Positions 11,026-20,165 of a stretch of DNA of 64,000 bases are shown one piece after another. The stretch spans positions 4,480,001-4,544,000 of the forward strand of contig OZ220089.1 in the NCBI GenBank assembly GCA_964291625.2, given 5' to 3'. The position numbers and the translations under genes are program-made. Below the pieces are notes generated by a model, which did not search any database, was not told the DNA's origin, and was given only the letters and a program-made list of their open reading frames with translations. Source of the stretch: Candidatus Latescibacterota bacterium (GTDB taxonomy: Bacteria; Latescibacterota; UBA2968; UBA8231). The stretch's first letter is position 1. The number at the start of each line of letters is the position of its first letter.

Positions 11026-12261
11026 CTAGACCAGGGGCCCGGCCGGCGCGAACCAATAGCCTCCCTGGGAGACCCGCTCCCGGACGCGGCGGAACTCCTC
11101 CGAGCCGTCGTCCTCCCAGACCTCGAAGTCGACGCCGCGGAGGGTACCCTCCTCGAAGCCGAGGAGCTGGCTCACGTCGGGGATCGAGGGCGTGTAGAGG
11201 ACGCGGCCGCCGGCCAGGCGCAGGACCCCCACGTGCTCGGGGAGCCGCGGCGCCGGCCGGGACGCCAACTCGCCCAGGGCCTCCTCGTCCACCTCGATCC
11301 CCAGTCCCGGCCCTTCGGGCACGGGAGAGCTGCCGCCGTCGATGGGGATGACCTGGCGGGTCACGTCGTCCTCGTACTGGTCCACGAGGTTGATCGTGTG
11401 CCCCTTGGGCAGGGTGCAGGCGAAGTGCAGGGCGAAGGCCTTGGTGAGCATGCCGCCGGTGAGCTGCACCACGTTGAGCAGGCCGGCGCGGGCGTAGGCG
11501 TGACCGCGGATCAGGGCGTCGCCGAAGCCGCCGCAGTACTCGCCGATGATGTAGCCGTCGGCGCAGCCCATGAGCATCTCCTGGATGCCGTTCAGGGGCG
11601 GCACGTGCATCAGCACCGGCACGGGCAGACGCTCCCGCAGGCGCCGCCAGCCCTCGAGGTCGCTCAGGACGACGGGGTCCTCGACGCAGGCGACGCGCGC
11701 CATGGGCAGCTGCTCGAGAATGGGCAGCACCCCCGCCAGGGTGCGGTTGTGGTTGAAGTCGTAGTGCATGCGGAAGTCGGGGGGCGCCGCGTCGTCGATG
11801 GCGCGGTGCTGCTCCAGCAGGTCGTGGTGCTGGCAGGTGTGGACCTTGAAGAGCAGGTAGCCCTCGGCGGCGGCGCGCTCGATCTCCGCCGCCATCACCG
11901 CCGGCGAGCCCGGGCGCGTCCAGGCGCAGACCGGCACGCGCTGCCGCTGCCGCGTGCCCATGAGCTGCCAGGCGGGGATCCCCAGGTGCTTGCCGGCGGC
12001 GTCGTGGCAGGCGGCGCCCAGGCCCAGGGGCAGGCTCTCGTCGCGCAGAAAGGCGAAGGGGCTGCGGCCGAGCATGGCGTCGGCCACCGACTGCGGCGGC
12101 GGCGCGCAGCGGTAGTCGCCGTAGCCGACGACGCCGTTGTCGCAGGTGACGCGGAAGACCGTGCGCTGATCGATGGAGCGCATGCGGATCTCGTGGCCCT
12201 CGTAGCGGCGGGCGAAGCGCGGGCGGATGGGGATGATGTCGACCTGGTCGATGCGCATCAT
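11026..12261 (-). CDS. Mandelate racemase/muconate-lactonizing enzyme (enolase superfamily)
   Basis: 'MRIDQVDIIPI','D..GKHLGIP','FKVH','YDFN','VEDP','PEGPGLGIEVDE'. Confidence 0.85.
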   Translation of the reverse strand: MMRIDQVDIIPIRPRFARRYEGHEIRMRSIDQRTVFRVTCDNGVVGYGDYRCAPPPQSVADAMLGRSPFAFLRDESLPLGLGAACHDAAGKHLGIPAWQLMGTRQRQRVPVCAWTRPGSPAVMAAEIERAAAEGYLLFKVHTCQHHDLLEQHRAIDDAAPPDFRMHYDFNHNRTLAGVLPILEQLPMARVACVEDPVVLSDLEGWRRLRERLPVPVLMHVPPLNGIQEMLMGCADGYIIGEYCGGFGDALIRGHAYARAGLLNVVQLTGGMLTKAFALHFACTLPKGHTINLVDQYEDDVTRQVIPIDGGSSPVPEGPGLGIEVDEEALGELASRPAPRLPEHVGVLRLAGGRVLYTPSIPDVSQLLGFEEGTLRGVDFEVWEDDGSEEFRRVRERVSQGGYWFAPAGPLV

Positions 12262-14420
12262 ATCCAGAATATGGAATTCCCGACCATTCCGGTCAGGTAG
12301 TCCACCACGAGCCAGCCGCCGCTGATGAGCATGCGGCCCACGATCATGCCGAGAAAGAAGTCGCGGCTGCGGGTGTAGAGGGCGGCGCCGCCGTACTTGA
12401 GGACCGTCACCTTCACGAGCCAGGCGAAGAACACGCTGAACCACATCCAGTCGATGACCCAGCTCGTCATGATGGGGAACCCGATCGGGTGCAGGGGCCA
12501 CCACAGGAAGCGCTGGCGCAGCCAGGTGAGGACCACCATGCCCGCCGCGCCGATGCCGGCGAAGCCGAGTCCGGCCCAGTAGACGCCGAGGGTCTCCATG
12601 CCCTTCAGGGCCGTGTTGCCCATGCGCAGGGGCAGGCTCTTGAAGAACCAGCCGCTGAAGTTGATGCCGCCGTCGCGGTAGGAGAGCTCCAGCACCGTGT
12701 AGAGAGAGCCGATGACGCCGCAGAACAGGGCGATGAGGATCGCCTGCATCACCACCCGGCGGCTCTGCTTGCTCATGCCCTCGATCAGCTTGAGGCCGTT
12801 GGCGACGACGCCCATGAGGAAGATGCGCAGGTCGGCGAGGAAGATGTAGCCGAGGGAGAAGTTGGCGATCGCCTTGACGCCCACCAGCTTCGAGCCGAGG
12901 CCGAACATCATGAAGTCGGGAGCGTTCATGGGAGTGATGATGGCCGCCACCCCCGACTCGGCCACGACCCGCGTGAGGGCCGTGAAGATGGCCATGACGA
13001 GCACGATGAAGAGCAGGCTGGCCCACAGGGGCGTGCCGATGAAGGCGAACCACGCCACCATCACCGCCGTGCCGAGGAGGGTGGCCAGCACGGCGGTGCG
13101 GTAGGACATGATCTCATCGTCGTCGCTCAGCGGCGTGTCGAGGCCGAGGCAGCACCGGCCCACCTGCTTCAGGTGCTCGCGGCCGACCCACAGGCCGAGG
13201 GCGACGAAGAGGAGCAGGGCGCCGAGGCCCTGGTAGTTCATCAGCTCCGTGACGTGCACGCCCCACACGTCCTGCTGCTTGGTCACGCCATTGGCGACGA
13301 AGACCATCTTCTCCAGCTTCGACAGCAGGGCGAAGCCCCAGATGCCCGCGGCGATGTCCGGTCCGATGAGGTAGGAGAACCCGACGACGGCGAAGCTGAG
13401 GGTCATGTTGAGGGACTGGCCGAAGCCGATGGGGATCGTCCAGGCCGTGGGAATGATCGGAAAGGCCCCGAGGTACTTGTTGAGGCCGGTGAGCAGGCCC
13501 ACGAGCATGGGCACGGAGGCGCCGGCCCACATGACGCGGCTCCGGAAGAAGGGGTTGACCAGCCGGCCGGGCTCCTCGCCGCGGATCATGACCTGGGCCG
13601 CCTGCACCAGCGGGTAGGAGAGCCGCTCGCGGTCCATCCACTGGCGCCGCAGGATGACGGCGATGCCGACCATGGCCAGGTAGAGGGCGACGAGGAAGAT
13701 GCCCCACAGGGCCACCGGCCGCAGCCACAGCTCCCAGGGCACGCTGTAGGCGTCGGCGCCGAGGCCCTCGAAGAACGCTTCGTTGCCGTTGCCGTCGTCG
13801 ACGGTGAGGGCCCCCGGCAGGTGGGGGAAGAGGAGCTCCTGCCACTTGTTCTCGGGGTTGGCGTAGTAGAAGAAGCCGCTGATCGACGGCAGGATCGCCT
13901 CGCACACGCCCATGGTGGAGACCGAGGCGACGACGATGAGCATGATGTAGACGACGATCAGCTCCGAGCGGTTGAGGGCCAGGCTGCGGCCGCCGGCGGC
14001 GAGAACGGTGTTGACCGCCATCGCCGTCAGCAGGAACCCGCAGAGGAGCACGGCGGGGGAGTACAGGGGCAGTTGGTCGAAGGGGGCGAAGCGGTAGCCG
14101 CAGGCCAGGGCCAGGGCGCCCGTGACCAGGGCCGAGACCCACCAGGCGCGGGCCGTCGCCTTGAACAGGGTGTTGAGGACCCCCACGAGGAAGAGGAACA
14201 GGAAGATCGCCCCCGGCGTGCTCATGTCGAGGGTCATGTAGCTGCCCTTGATCACGATGTCGCCGTAGTTGGAGCCGACGCCGAGGAAGAAGGAGAGGAA
14301 GGTGCCCACCGCCAGGGCCCGGGCGCTCAGGGGCTGGTGGTCGGCCTCGCTCTCCCGCGTCACCGAGGCGCCCCGCAGGGACAGGTAGCGGCGGAAGTCC
14401 TGGGGGATTCCGATTCTCAT
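12258..14420 (-). CDS. Polytopic membrane protein, DUF6785/DUF6784-like (putative transporter)
   Basis: 720 aa with many TM segments; 'RRQWMDRERLSYPL','WWPLHPIGF','KYGG.ALY'. Confidence 0.8.
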   Translation of the reverse strand: MRIGIPQDFRRYLSLRGASVTRESEADHQPLSARALAVGTFLSFFLGVGSNYGDIVIKGSYMTLDMSTPGAIFLFLFLVGVLNTLFKATARAWWVSALVTGALALACGYRFAPFDQLPLYSPAVLLCGFLLTAMAVNTVLAAGGRSLALNRSELIVVYIMLIVVASVSTMGVCEAILPSISGFFYYANPENKWQELLFPHLPGALTVDDGNGNEAFFEGLGADAYSVPWELWLRPVALWGIFLVALYLAMVGIAVILRRQWMDRERLSYPLVQAAQVMIRGEEPGRLVNPFFRSRVMWAGASVPMLVGLLTGLNKYLGAFPIIPTAWTIPIGFGQSLNMTLSFAVVGFSYLIGPDIAAGIWGFALLSKLEKMVFVANGVTKQQDVWGVHVTELMNYQGLGALLLFVALGLWVGREHLKQVGRCCLGLDTPLSDDDEIMSYRTAVLATLLGTAVMVAWFAFIGTPLWASLLFIVLVMAIFTALTRVVAESGVAAIITPMNAPDFMMFGLGSKLVGVKAIANFSLGYIFLADLRIFLMGVVANGLKLIEGMSKQSRRVVMQAILIALFCGVIGSLYTVLELSYRDGGINFSGWFFKSLPLRMGNTALKGMETLGVYWAGLGFAGIGAAGMVVLTWLRQRFLWWPLHPIGFPIMTSWVIDWMWFSVFFAWLVKVTVLKYGGAALYTRSRDFFLGMIVGRMLISGGWLVVDYLTGMVGNSIFWI

Positions 14421-14559
14421 GGCTGCACAACGGTAGACCCCGCGGCGGGGGGCGCCAAACCAGGGGGCTCGCGCTCCCGGGAAGGGGCCCTATCTTCCTG
14501 CGACCCGGCCTCCCCGGGGGCCGTCGACAGCGCAGACAACCGAAGGACGAGGAGAGATC

Positions 14560-15579
14560 ATGCCCTACCACGTGTACGTGTCGAACGCCGGCAGCGACTT
14601 CCTGTCCCACTTCCTGATGGACGAGGAGAGCGGCCTCCTGGAGGCGCGGGCCGACATCGCCCTGGGGGGCTCGCCGGGAGCCCTGGCCACCAACCGCGAC
14701 GGCAGCCGCCTCTTCGCCTGCCTGCGCTCCCGGGGGGAGTACGTCAGCTACGACCTCGACCGCGGCAGCGGCGCCTTGTCGAGGATCGACGCCACGAGCG
14801 TCTCCGAGGGGGCCCCCTACCTCGCCACGGACAACACCGACCGATTCCTGCTGGCCACCTACTACGGGGCGGGAGGCGTCTCCGTCCACGGCATCGGGGC
14901 CGACGGCAGCCTGTCGCCGGAGCCGCTGCAGTGGATCGAGACCGATGCCCACGCCCACAGTATCCAGACCGACCGCTCCAACCGCTTCGCGTACGTGCCG
15001 CACACCGTGCCGGGCAACGCCATCTTCCAGTTCCGCTTCGACGAGGCCACGGGGGCCCTGACGGCCATCGACCCGCCGAAGATCCAGCCCGACACCGCCG
15101 AAGGCCCCCGCCACTTCGTCTTCCACCCGTCCCTGCACGTCCTCTACTCCATCAACGAGGACGGCTGCACCGTCTCCGCCCACCACTTCGACGCGGAGAC
15201 CGGCCGCCTCTCCTCCTTCCAGATGCTGCCCACCCTGCCGCACGGCGCCCCCGTCGAGGGCGACTCCACGGCGGAGATCGCCATCACACCCGACGGCCGG
15301 CACCTGTACGGCTCCAACCGCGGCCACGACAGCCTCGCCCTCTTCGAGGTCGCCGGCGACGGCCGGCTCACTCCCAAGGGGCACACGCCCACCGAGGCCA
15401 CGCCCCGGTTCTTCGACCTGGACCCGACGGGGAGGTATCTCTATTCGGCGGGGCAGAATTCGGGGAAGGTGGCGGTCTTCCGCATCGACGCCGGCAGCGG
15501 CGCCCTGGAGCGGATCCAGACCTGCGAGGTCGGCCAGAGCCCCCTGTGGATCCAGTTCGTCGAGCAGGACCGCTCCTGA
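14560..15579 (+). CDS. pgl: Lactonase / 6-phosphogluconolactonase (cycloisomerase-2 family beta-propeller)
   Basis: 'HAHSI','GPRHFVFHP','INE','YGSNRGHDS','PRFF.LDP.G'. Confidence 0.85.
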   Translation: MPYHVYVSNAGSDFLSHFLMDEESGLLEARADIALGGSPGALATNRDGSRLFACLRSRGEYVSYDLDRGSGALSRIDATSVSEGAPYLATDNTDRFLLATYYGAGGVSVHGIGADGSLSPEPLQWIETDAHAHSIQTDRSNRFAYVPHTVPGNAIFQFRFDEATGALTAIDPPKIQPDTAEGPRHFVFHPSLHVLYSINEDGCTVSAHHFDAETGRLSSFQMLPTLPHGAPVEGDSTAEIAITPDGRHLYGSNRGHDSLALFEVAGDGRLTPKGHTPTEATPRFFDLDPTGRYLYSAGQNSGKVAVFRIDAGSGALERIQTCEVGQSPLWIQFVEQDRS

Positions 15580-15699
15580 GGGCTCAGTCCACGGGCCGCC
15601 GGCGGAGGACCCGGAAGCGGGTCGTGCCGACGTCGGCGTAGCACGCCCCGGTAAGGCTCGGGAAGGACCCGCCGTCGGGGGAGAGGGTGGCCGGGCAGG

Positions 15700-16962
15700 T
15701 CACGCCTCCGTCTCCCAGATCGGCCAGTCCTGCTGCTGCAGGCGGTTCCAGGTGCGGTCGAACTCCTCGCTGCCGTCGTCCTCGCGCTCGTCGAGGCGGA
15801 CGCCCGGGGCGAAGGCCTCGTCCACCCCCTGCTTCATCAGCCGCTCGGCCTGCTGCAGGTTGCGGTAGTAGTGCCTCAAGCCCCCCGGCAGGGTGACCAC
15901 CGAGAAGTGGCGCGGCCAGTCGGGGGCCGGCGTCTCCCGGAAGCGGGCCACCGCGTCCTCGTCCAGCTCGACCCCGAGGCCGGGGCCCTCGGGGACCTTC
16001 ATGAAGCCCCGCTGCATCACGTGGGCCTCGGCGATCAGGTCGTCGCGCGTGTGATGGGCGGTCACCCCCGGCAGGGTGGCCGTGTGCATGACCGCCCCCA
16101 GGTGGCAGGCGAAGGCGGCGGTGATCCCGGTGCCCACGTACTGCAGCAGGATCGGCGTGTTGGCGGCGGCGAAGGCCCACGAGGCGGCCATGGCGTTGCG
16201 CACGTTCTCGTGGCTGCACAGGGCGCCGTCGAAGTCGCCGGCCCGCAGCCCCAGCCAGGGGCCGGACGGCTGCCGGGAGGGCCCGTCGAAGATGGTGCTC
16301 ACGCCGTGCAGGTAGAAGGGGATGCGGACCTCCTGGTGCAGGCGCCGCCAGCCCTCCACGTCGTAGGCGAAGATCGGCTCCTCCACGCCCTTGACCACGG
16401 GGATCTCCTCCAGTTGCCGCAGGATCGGCAGGGCCCGCTCGACGTCGACCAGGGAGCCGTTGAAGTCGAACTCCACCCGAAAGTCGGGCGGCGCCGCCTC
16501 CTGCATCGCCCGGGACTGCTCGACCACGTCGTAGAAGGCGCGGGCCTTGCACTTGAGACCGCGGTAGCCGCGTTCGGCGGCGACCCGGACCTCCTCGGCC
16601 GAGTCCTCGGGAGACATGCACGGCATCCACCAGCCCATGCTCACCCACTGGCGCACCTGCTGCCCCATCACCTTCCACATGGGCACGCCGAGGTGCTTGC
16701 CCATCAGGTCGTAGCAGGCCATGTCCAGGTTGAAGGGGCCGGTGCCCATGACGTGGTCGAAGGGGTCGGTGCCGGCGTAGGCGTCGACCACGGCGGCCGC
16801 CATCGGCGGACCGGGGTTCTCGCCGAGGCCGACGAGGCCGGAGTCGGTGTGGAACTTGTAGACCGTCACCTCCTCCCCCATCTGGAAGTGGTGGTAGCGC
16901 CGGCGCAGACGGTCCTCGTAGGGGACGCGCAGGGGGATGACCTCGATCTCGGTGATGCGCAT
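15700..16962 (-). CDS. Mandelate racemase/muconate-lactonizing enzyme (enolase superfamily)
   Basis: 'DMACYDLMGK','KCK','FDFN','VEEP','PEGPGLGVELDE'. Confidence 0.85.
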   Translation of the reverse strand: MRITEIEVIPLRVPYEDRLRRRYHHFQMGEEVTVYKFHTDSGLVGLGENPGPPMAAAVVDAYAGTDPFDHVMGTGPFNLDMACYDLMGKHLGVPMWKVMGQQVRQWVSMGWWMPCMSPEDSAEEVRVAAERGYRGLKCKARAFYDVVEQSRAMQEAAPPDFRVEFDFNGSLVDVERALPILRQLEEIPVVKGVEEPIFAYDVEGWRRLHQEVRIPFYLHGVSTIFDGPSRQPSGPWLGLRAGDFDGALCSHENVRNAMAASWAFAAANTPILLQYVGTGITAAFACHLGAVMHTATLPGVTAHHTRDDLIAEAHVMQRGFMKVPEGPGLGVELDEDAVARFRETPAPDWPRHFSVVTLPGGLRHYYRNLQQAERLMKQGVDEAFAPGVRLDEREDDGSEEFDRTWNRLQQQDWPIWETEA

Positions 16963-17997
16963 TCAGCTTTCTCCGGTGTCGGGCGGTTTCGGCGCAGGGG
17001 CGGCGCGCGCCGTCTGCGGTCCGAAGAGGAAGGAGAGCAGCGAGAGCCGGCGGCCCCGGGTCACGGGCACGACCTCGTGGAGCAGGGCGCAGGAGAACAC
17101 CAGGGCCTCGCCGGCGGCGGGACGGTAGAGCGAGCCCCCGTACTCGGGGAAGCGCAGCTCGCCGCCGTCGTAGTCGTCGTTGAGATTGAGGGAGAGGGCG
17201 AACCGCCGATGGGCGGTGGCCGGGCTGAGGTTGTCGCGGTGGGGGGCGAAGAAGCCGCCCGAGGAGGCCTCGTAGCAGGCGACCTTGAAGCCCTCGAAGC
17301 GGTCGGCGCCGAAGGCGAAGACACGCCGCACCTCGGGCAGGAGGCGGCGGCCGAGGGTCCGGGTCAGCAGCCGCTGGAGTTCCGCCTCTTCGACCACGTG
17401 GTCCCGCCGGCGCTTGGACTCCGCCGCCAGGACCTCCCGCCGGCGGCCGCCGGCGGAGCGCTCGACGCCGGTGTCGGCGTGCGATCCGGACCAGAGCTGC
17501 CGCAGGTGCCCGCAGAGGTCGGCCTCGAGGACGCGGGGGACGAAGAGCACCGGCGCCTGGGCGGTGACGGTGGCGGCCGGGGCCTCGGCCGAGGCCTGGC
17601 TCAGCAGGCCCGCCAGACGGCCGGCGGCGGGCTCGCCGTCGAGGGCGAAGCCGTCGAGGACGCGCAGGTTGCGGTCGAGGACCACGGCGCGGGCGGACCC
17701 GTCCTCCGGCAGGCGGAAGGCGGCCCTCAGCTTGCCGTCGTCGCGGAACAGGTCGACGCCGGGAAGGGGTTCCGCTTCGGCGTCGTCCGGCACGACCAGG
17801 TGGCGGCTGGCGGCGTCCCCCACGGCGTCGAGGGAGGCCCTCGCCGCCGCACACACTCCCGCAGCGAAGACCAGGACGGCGGGCCTTCCCCCGGCCCGTC
17901 CGTAGAAGCGGGCGGGACCGGTACCCTCGAGGGGGGCCACGAAATCGGGCGCCCTCTCGCCGCGGGACAATCCGCTGGCCTGGTCTTCGTTCATCAC
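16963..17997 (-). CDS. 2OG-Fe(II) oxygenase with N-terminal redoxin-like domain
   Basis: N-term 'GERAPDF'; C-term 'PHRDN..RRFALSLNLN..DYDGGEL.F..LLHEV.PVTRGRR'. Confidence 0.85.
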   Translation of the reverse strand: MMNEDQASGLSRGERAPDFVAPLEGTGPARFYGRAGGRPAVLVFAAGVCAAARASLDAVGDAASRHLVVPDDAEAEPLPGVDLFRDDGKLRAAFRLPEDGSARAVVLDRNLRVLDGFALDGEPAAGRLAGLLSQASAEAPAATVTAQAPVLFVPRVLEADLCGHLRQLWSGSHADTGVERSAGGRRREVLAAESKRRRDHVVEEAELQRLLTRTLGRRLLPEVRRVFAFGADRFEGFKVACYEASSGGFFAPHRDNLSPATAHRRFALSLNLNDDYDGGELRFPEYGGSLYRPAAGEALVFSCALLHEVVPVTRGRRLSLLSFLFGPQTARAAPAPKPPDTGES

Positions 17998-18256
17998 CGC
18001 AGTCCTCCCCGAGCCGGAAGGAAGGGCAACGCCGGGAGAGGCTCAAGTAGGGGGGGAAGCCGGGGGGTGCCCGGCAGGCTCCCTTCCGGGGAGCCAGGTT
18101 GCACATTCTGGGAAGAGCCGTAGGTTTGCTGATGGCTCGACCCGGGCCAACCCACCATTTGTCCGGCACCATCCGAAAACGGCAAAGATTCCGGTCCACG
18201 TAAAACGTCAGGACGGGAACCGGACTCGGCGGGGACCGTCAACAAGAGGAGGAAGC

Positions 18257-20155
18257 ATGTCCATCCGAACCGCGCTGCTCCCGCTGCTCTGCCTCGGCCT
18301 GTGGGCCTGTGGAGACGACGATGGGCCAACGGCCCCGGTAGTCGACCCGAGAGAAGCGGCAGCCGACTCGATGATCGCGGCGGCGGATGCGATGGTGGCC
18401 GCCGCCGGTTCCATGGAGGCCGCGGCGGATTCCCTGGCGGCTGCCGAAGATGACGTCCTGCGGCCGAGCGGGGAGCTGCGGCCCTGGGACCTGTCGGCCA
18501 TCGTCTCCATCGACCAGGCTCGCTCCATGCCGCAGGGCATGCCCCTCTACATGCGGACCGAGTTCGCCAACGGCGAGCTCGCCGATCTCGAGATGAGGTT
18601 CGTGCAGGTGGTGGACGACTTCCTGCCGCCCATGCCGGTGATCATGGTGGAGGCCTCCGATCCGGTCCTGATCCAGCTCGGCGGCATCGCCCAGGGAATG
18701 AGCGGGTCCCCCGTGTTCTCGGAGGAGGGCACCTGGGGCGCCATCGCCTACGGGTTCACTGCCCAGGACAGCCCTCCCTACTACTTCTTCGCCACCCCCA
18801 TCGAGTGGGTCATCGGGCAACGCGGCACCCTGCCCGCGGGCAAGCCCGCGGCCGCCTGGGGCGGCGCCCGCATCACCCCCCTGGAGGTTCCCCTCGTGGT
18901 GACGGGGCTCAACCCCGGACAACCTCTGCCGGAGGGGAGGCCGTCCCCGTGGAGCGGGGCCGTCTCCGCCGCCCTGACCCAGGAGCCGCAGGAGAGCTTC
19001 GAGGCGGGCCGGCCCCTGGCCGTAGGCGTGCTGCTCGGCGAGATCACGGGAGGTTCCATAGGAACCATTTCGTACGTGGATGGCGATCGTGTGTACGGGT
19101 TCGGGCATCCGATGAATCAGGCGGGACCGGTGGCGCTGCCGATCATCGAGGCGAAGGTGCTCGGAGAGATCTCCAACCTCTCGGCGCCGTTCAAGTTCGC
19201 CGCCCTCAACCCGACGGTTCGCGGCACCCTCACCGAAGACCGGCTGCCCGCCGTGCGCGGTGTCCTCGGAGAGGGACCGGAGCTGGTGACGGTCACCGGC
19301 CGGTACACCTACCCGTCGGGAGGCGAGGAGGAGCTGGTGCACAGGATGCCCGCCCGCATCGATGCGAGCAACCTCCTGGCCATCGCCGTCTTCAGCCCCC
19401 TCTTCAACCGGCTCGAGAACGAGGGCAACCACAGCGTCCGGGTCACCACGGACATCTCCTTCTCGGGGACGGACTCGACCCTCTCCCGATCGCGCCTGTA
19501 CGCGGCTCCCAACGGGCGGCTCCTCGGTCTGATCTCAGCCGCTGATTTCGACCTCTTCGACGCCCTGGTACAGCTCATGTCGCGGAACGACTACGCCGTG
19601 CGGGTGCGGGAGGCGGAGGTACACGTCGAGATGATCCCCGAGCCCCGGTTCGCCCAGGTCGTGGAGGTCTCTGCCGACACCGTCGTCAGTCCGGGCGACG
19701 TGCTGACGGTCACGACCTCGCTGCGCGTGGGCCGGCGGAGGGACCGGGAGATCGAGGTGGACCTCAACCTGCCCGACACCCTTCCCCCCGGGGTCTACCA
19801 GTTGGAGGCCGGTTCGGCGGCGTCCCTGCCGGATGTCGGCGGGGAGGGCGACTCTTTCTTCGGGTTCTTCGACCCAGGCTTTGGAGGTGGCGACGGAGAG
19901 GAGACCCTGGAGGATGCCTTTGCGCGCCTGAACGTGGAGGACGGGAACGTCCAGCTGAAGGCGCGGATGACCTACGTCATGCCCCTTCCGGTAGAGGCGC
20001 CGGAAGGAGAGCCGCCGCCCGATTCAGGGGACCAGGGTTTCGGCGGCTTCTTCCCCCAGGATCCGGGCCCCCCGCCGACGGCTTCCACCCAGGAGCAGGT
20101 CGACCTCTATCTCGCGGGCACCTCGAGCCTGGAGGTCAAGGTCGTGGCGGAGTAG
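18257..20155 (+). CDS. Lipoprotein with SpoIVB-like peptidase S55 domain
   Basis: Lipobox 'LWAC'; 'GGIAQGMSGSPV' and 'VYGFGHP'; RBS GAGGAGG. Confidence 0.8.
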   Translation: MSIRTALLPLLCLGLWACGDDDGPTAPVVDPREAAADSMIAAADAMVAAAGSMEAAADSLAAAEDDVLRPSGELRPWDLSAIVSIDQARSMPQGMPLYMRTEFANGELADLEMRFVQVVDDFLPPMPVIMVEASDPVLIQLGGIAQGMSGSPVFSEEGTWGAIAYGFTAQDSPPYYFFATPIEWVIGQRGTLPAGKPAAAWGGARITPLEVPLVVTGLNPGQPLPEGRPSPWSGAVSAALTQEPQESFEAGRPLAVGVLLGEITGGSIGTISYVDGDRVYGFGHPMNQAGPVALPIIEAKVLGEISNLSAPFKFAALNPTVRGTLTEDRLPAVRGVLGEGPELVTVTGRYTYPSGGEEELVHRMPARIDASNLLAIAVFSPLFNRLENEGNHSVRVTTDISFSGTDSTLSRSRLYAAPNGRLLGLISAADFDLFDALVQLMSRNDYAVRVREAEVHVEMIPEPRFAQVVEVSADTVVSPGDVLTVTTSLRVGRRRDREIEVDLNLPDTLPPGVYQLEAGSAASLPDVGGEGDSFFGFFDPGFGGGDGEETLEDAFARLNVEDGNVQLKARMTYVMPLPVEAPEGEPPPDSGDQGFGGFFPQDPGPPPTASTQEQVDLYLAGTSSLEVKVVAE

Positions 20156-20165
20156 GCCAGGGCCC

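Noticed and set aside
12489-15641. Long alternative-frame and antisense ORFs (e.g. 12489..15641, 15584..18199, 58747..61188)
   Set aside because: Arg/Pro/Gly-rich shadow ORFs expected in high-GC DNA, overlapping well-supported genes.
18150-18230. c-di-GMP-I riboswitch
   Set aside because: GAAA and GCAAAG..CCGG fragments are present, but the P2 stem and GGCAAAC/GACGCAAA spacing do not fit.
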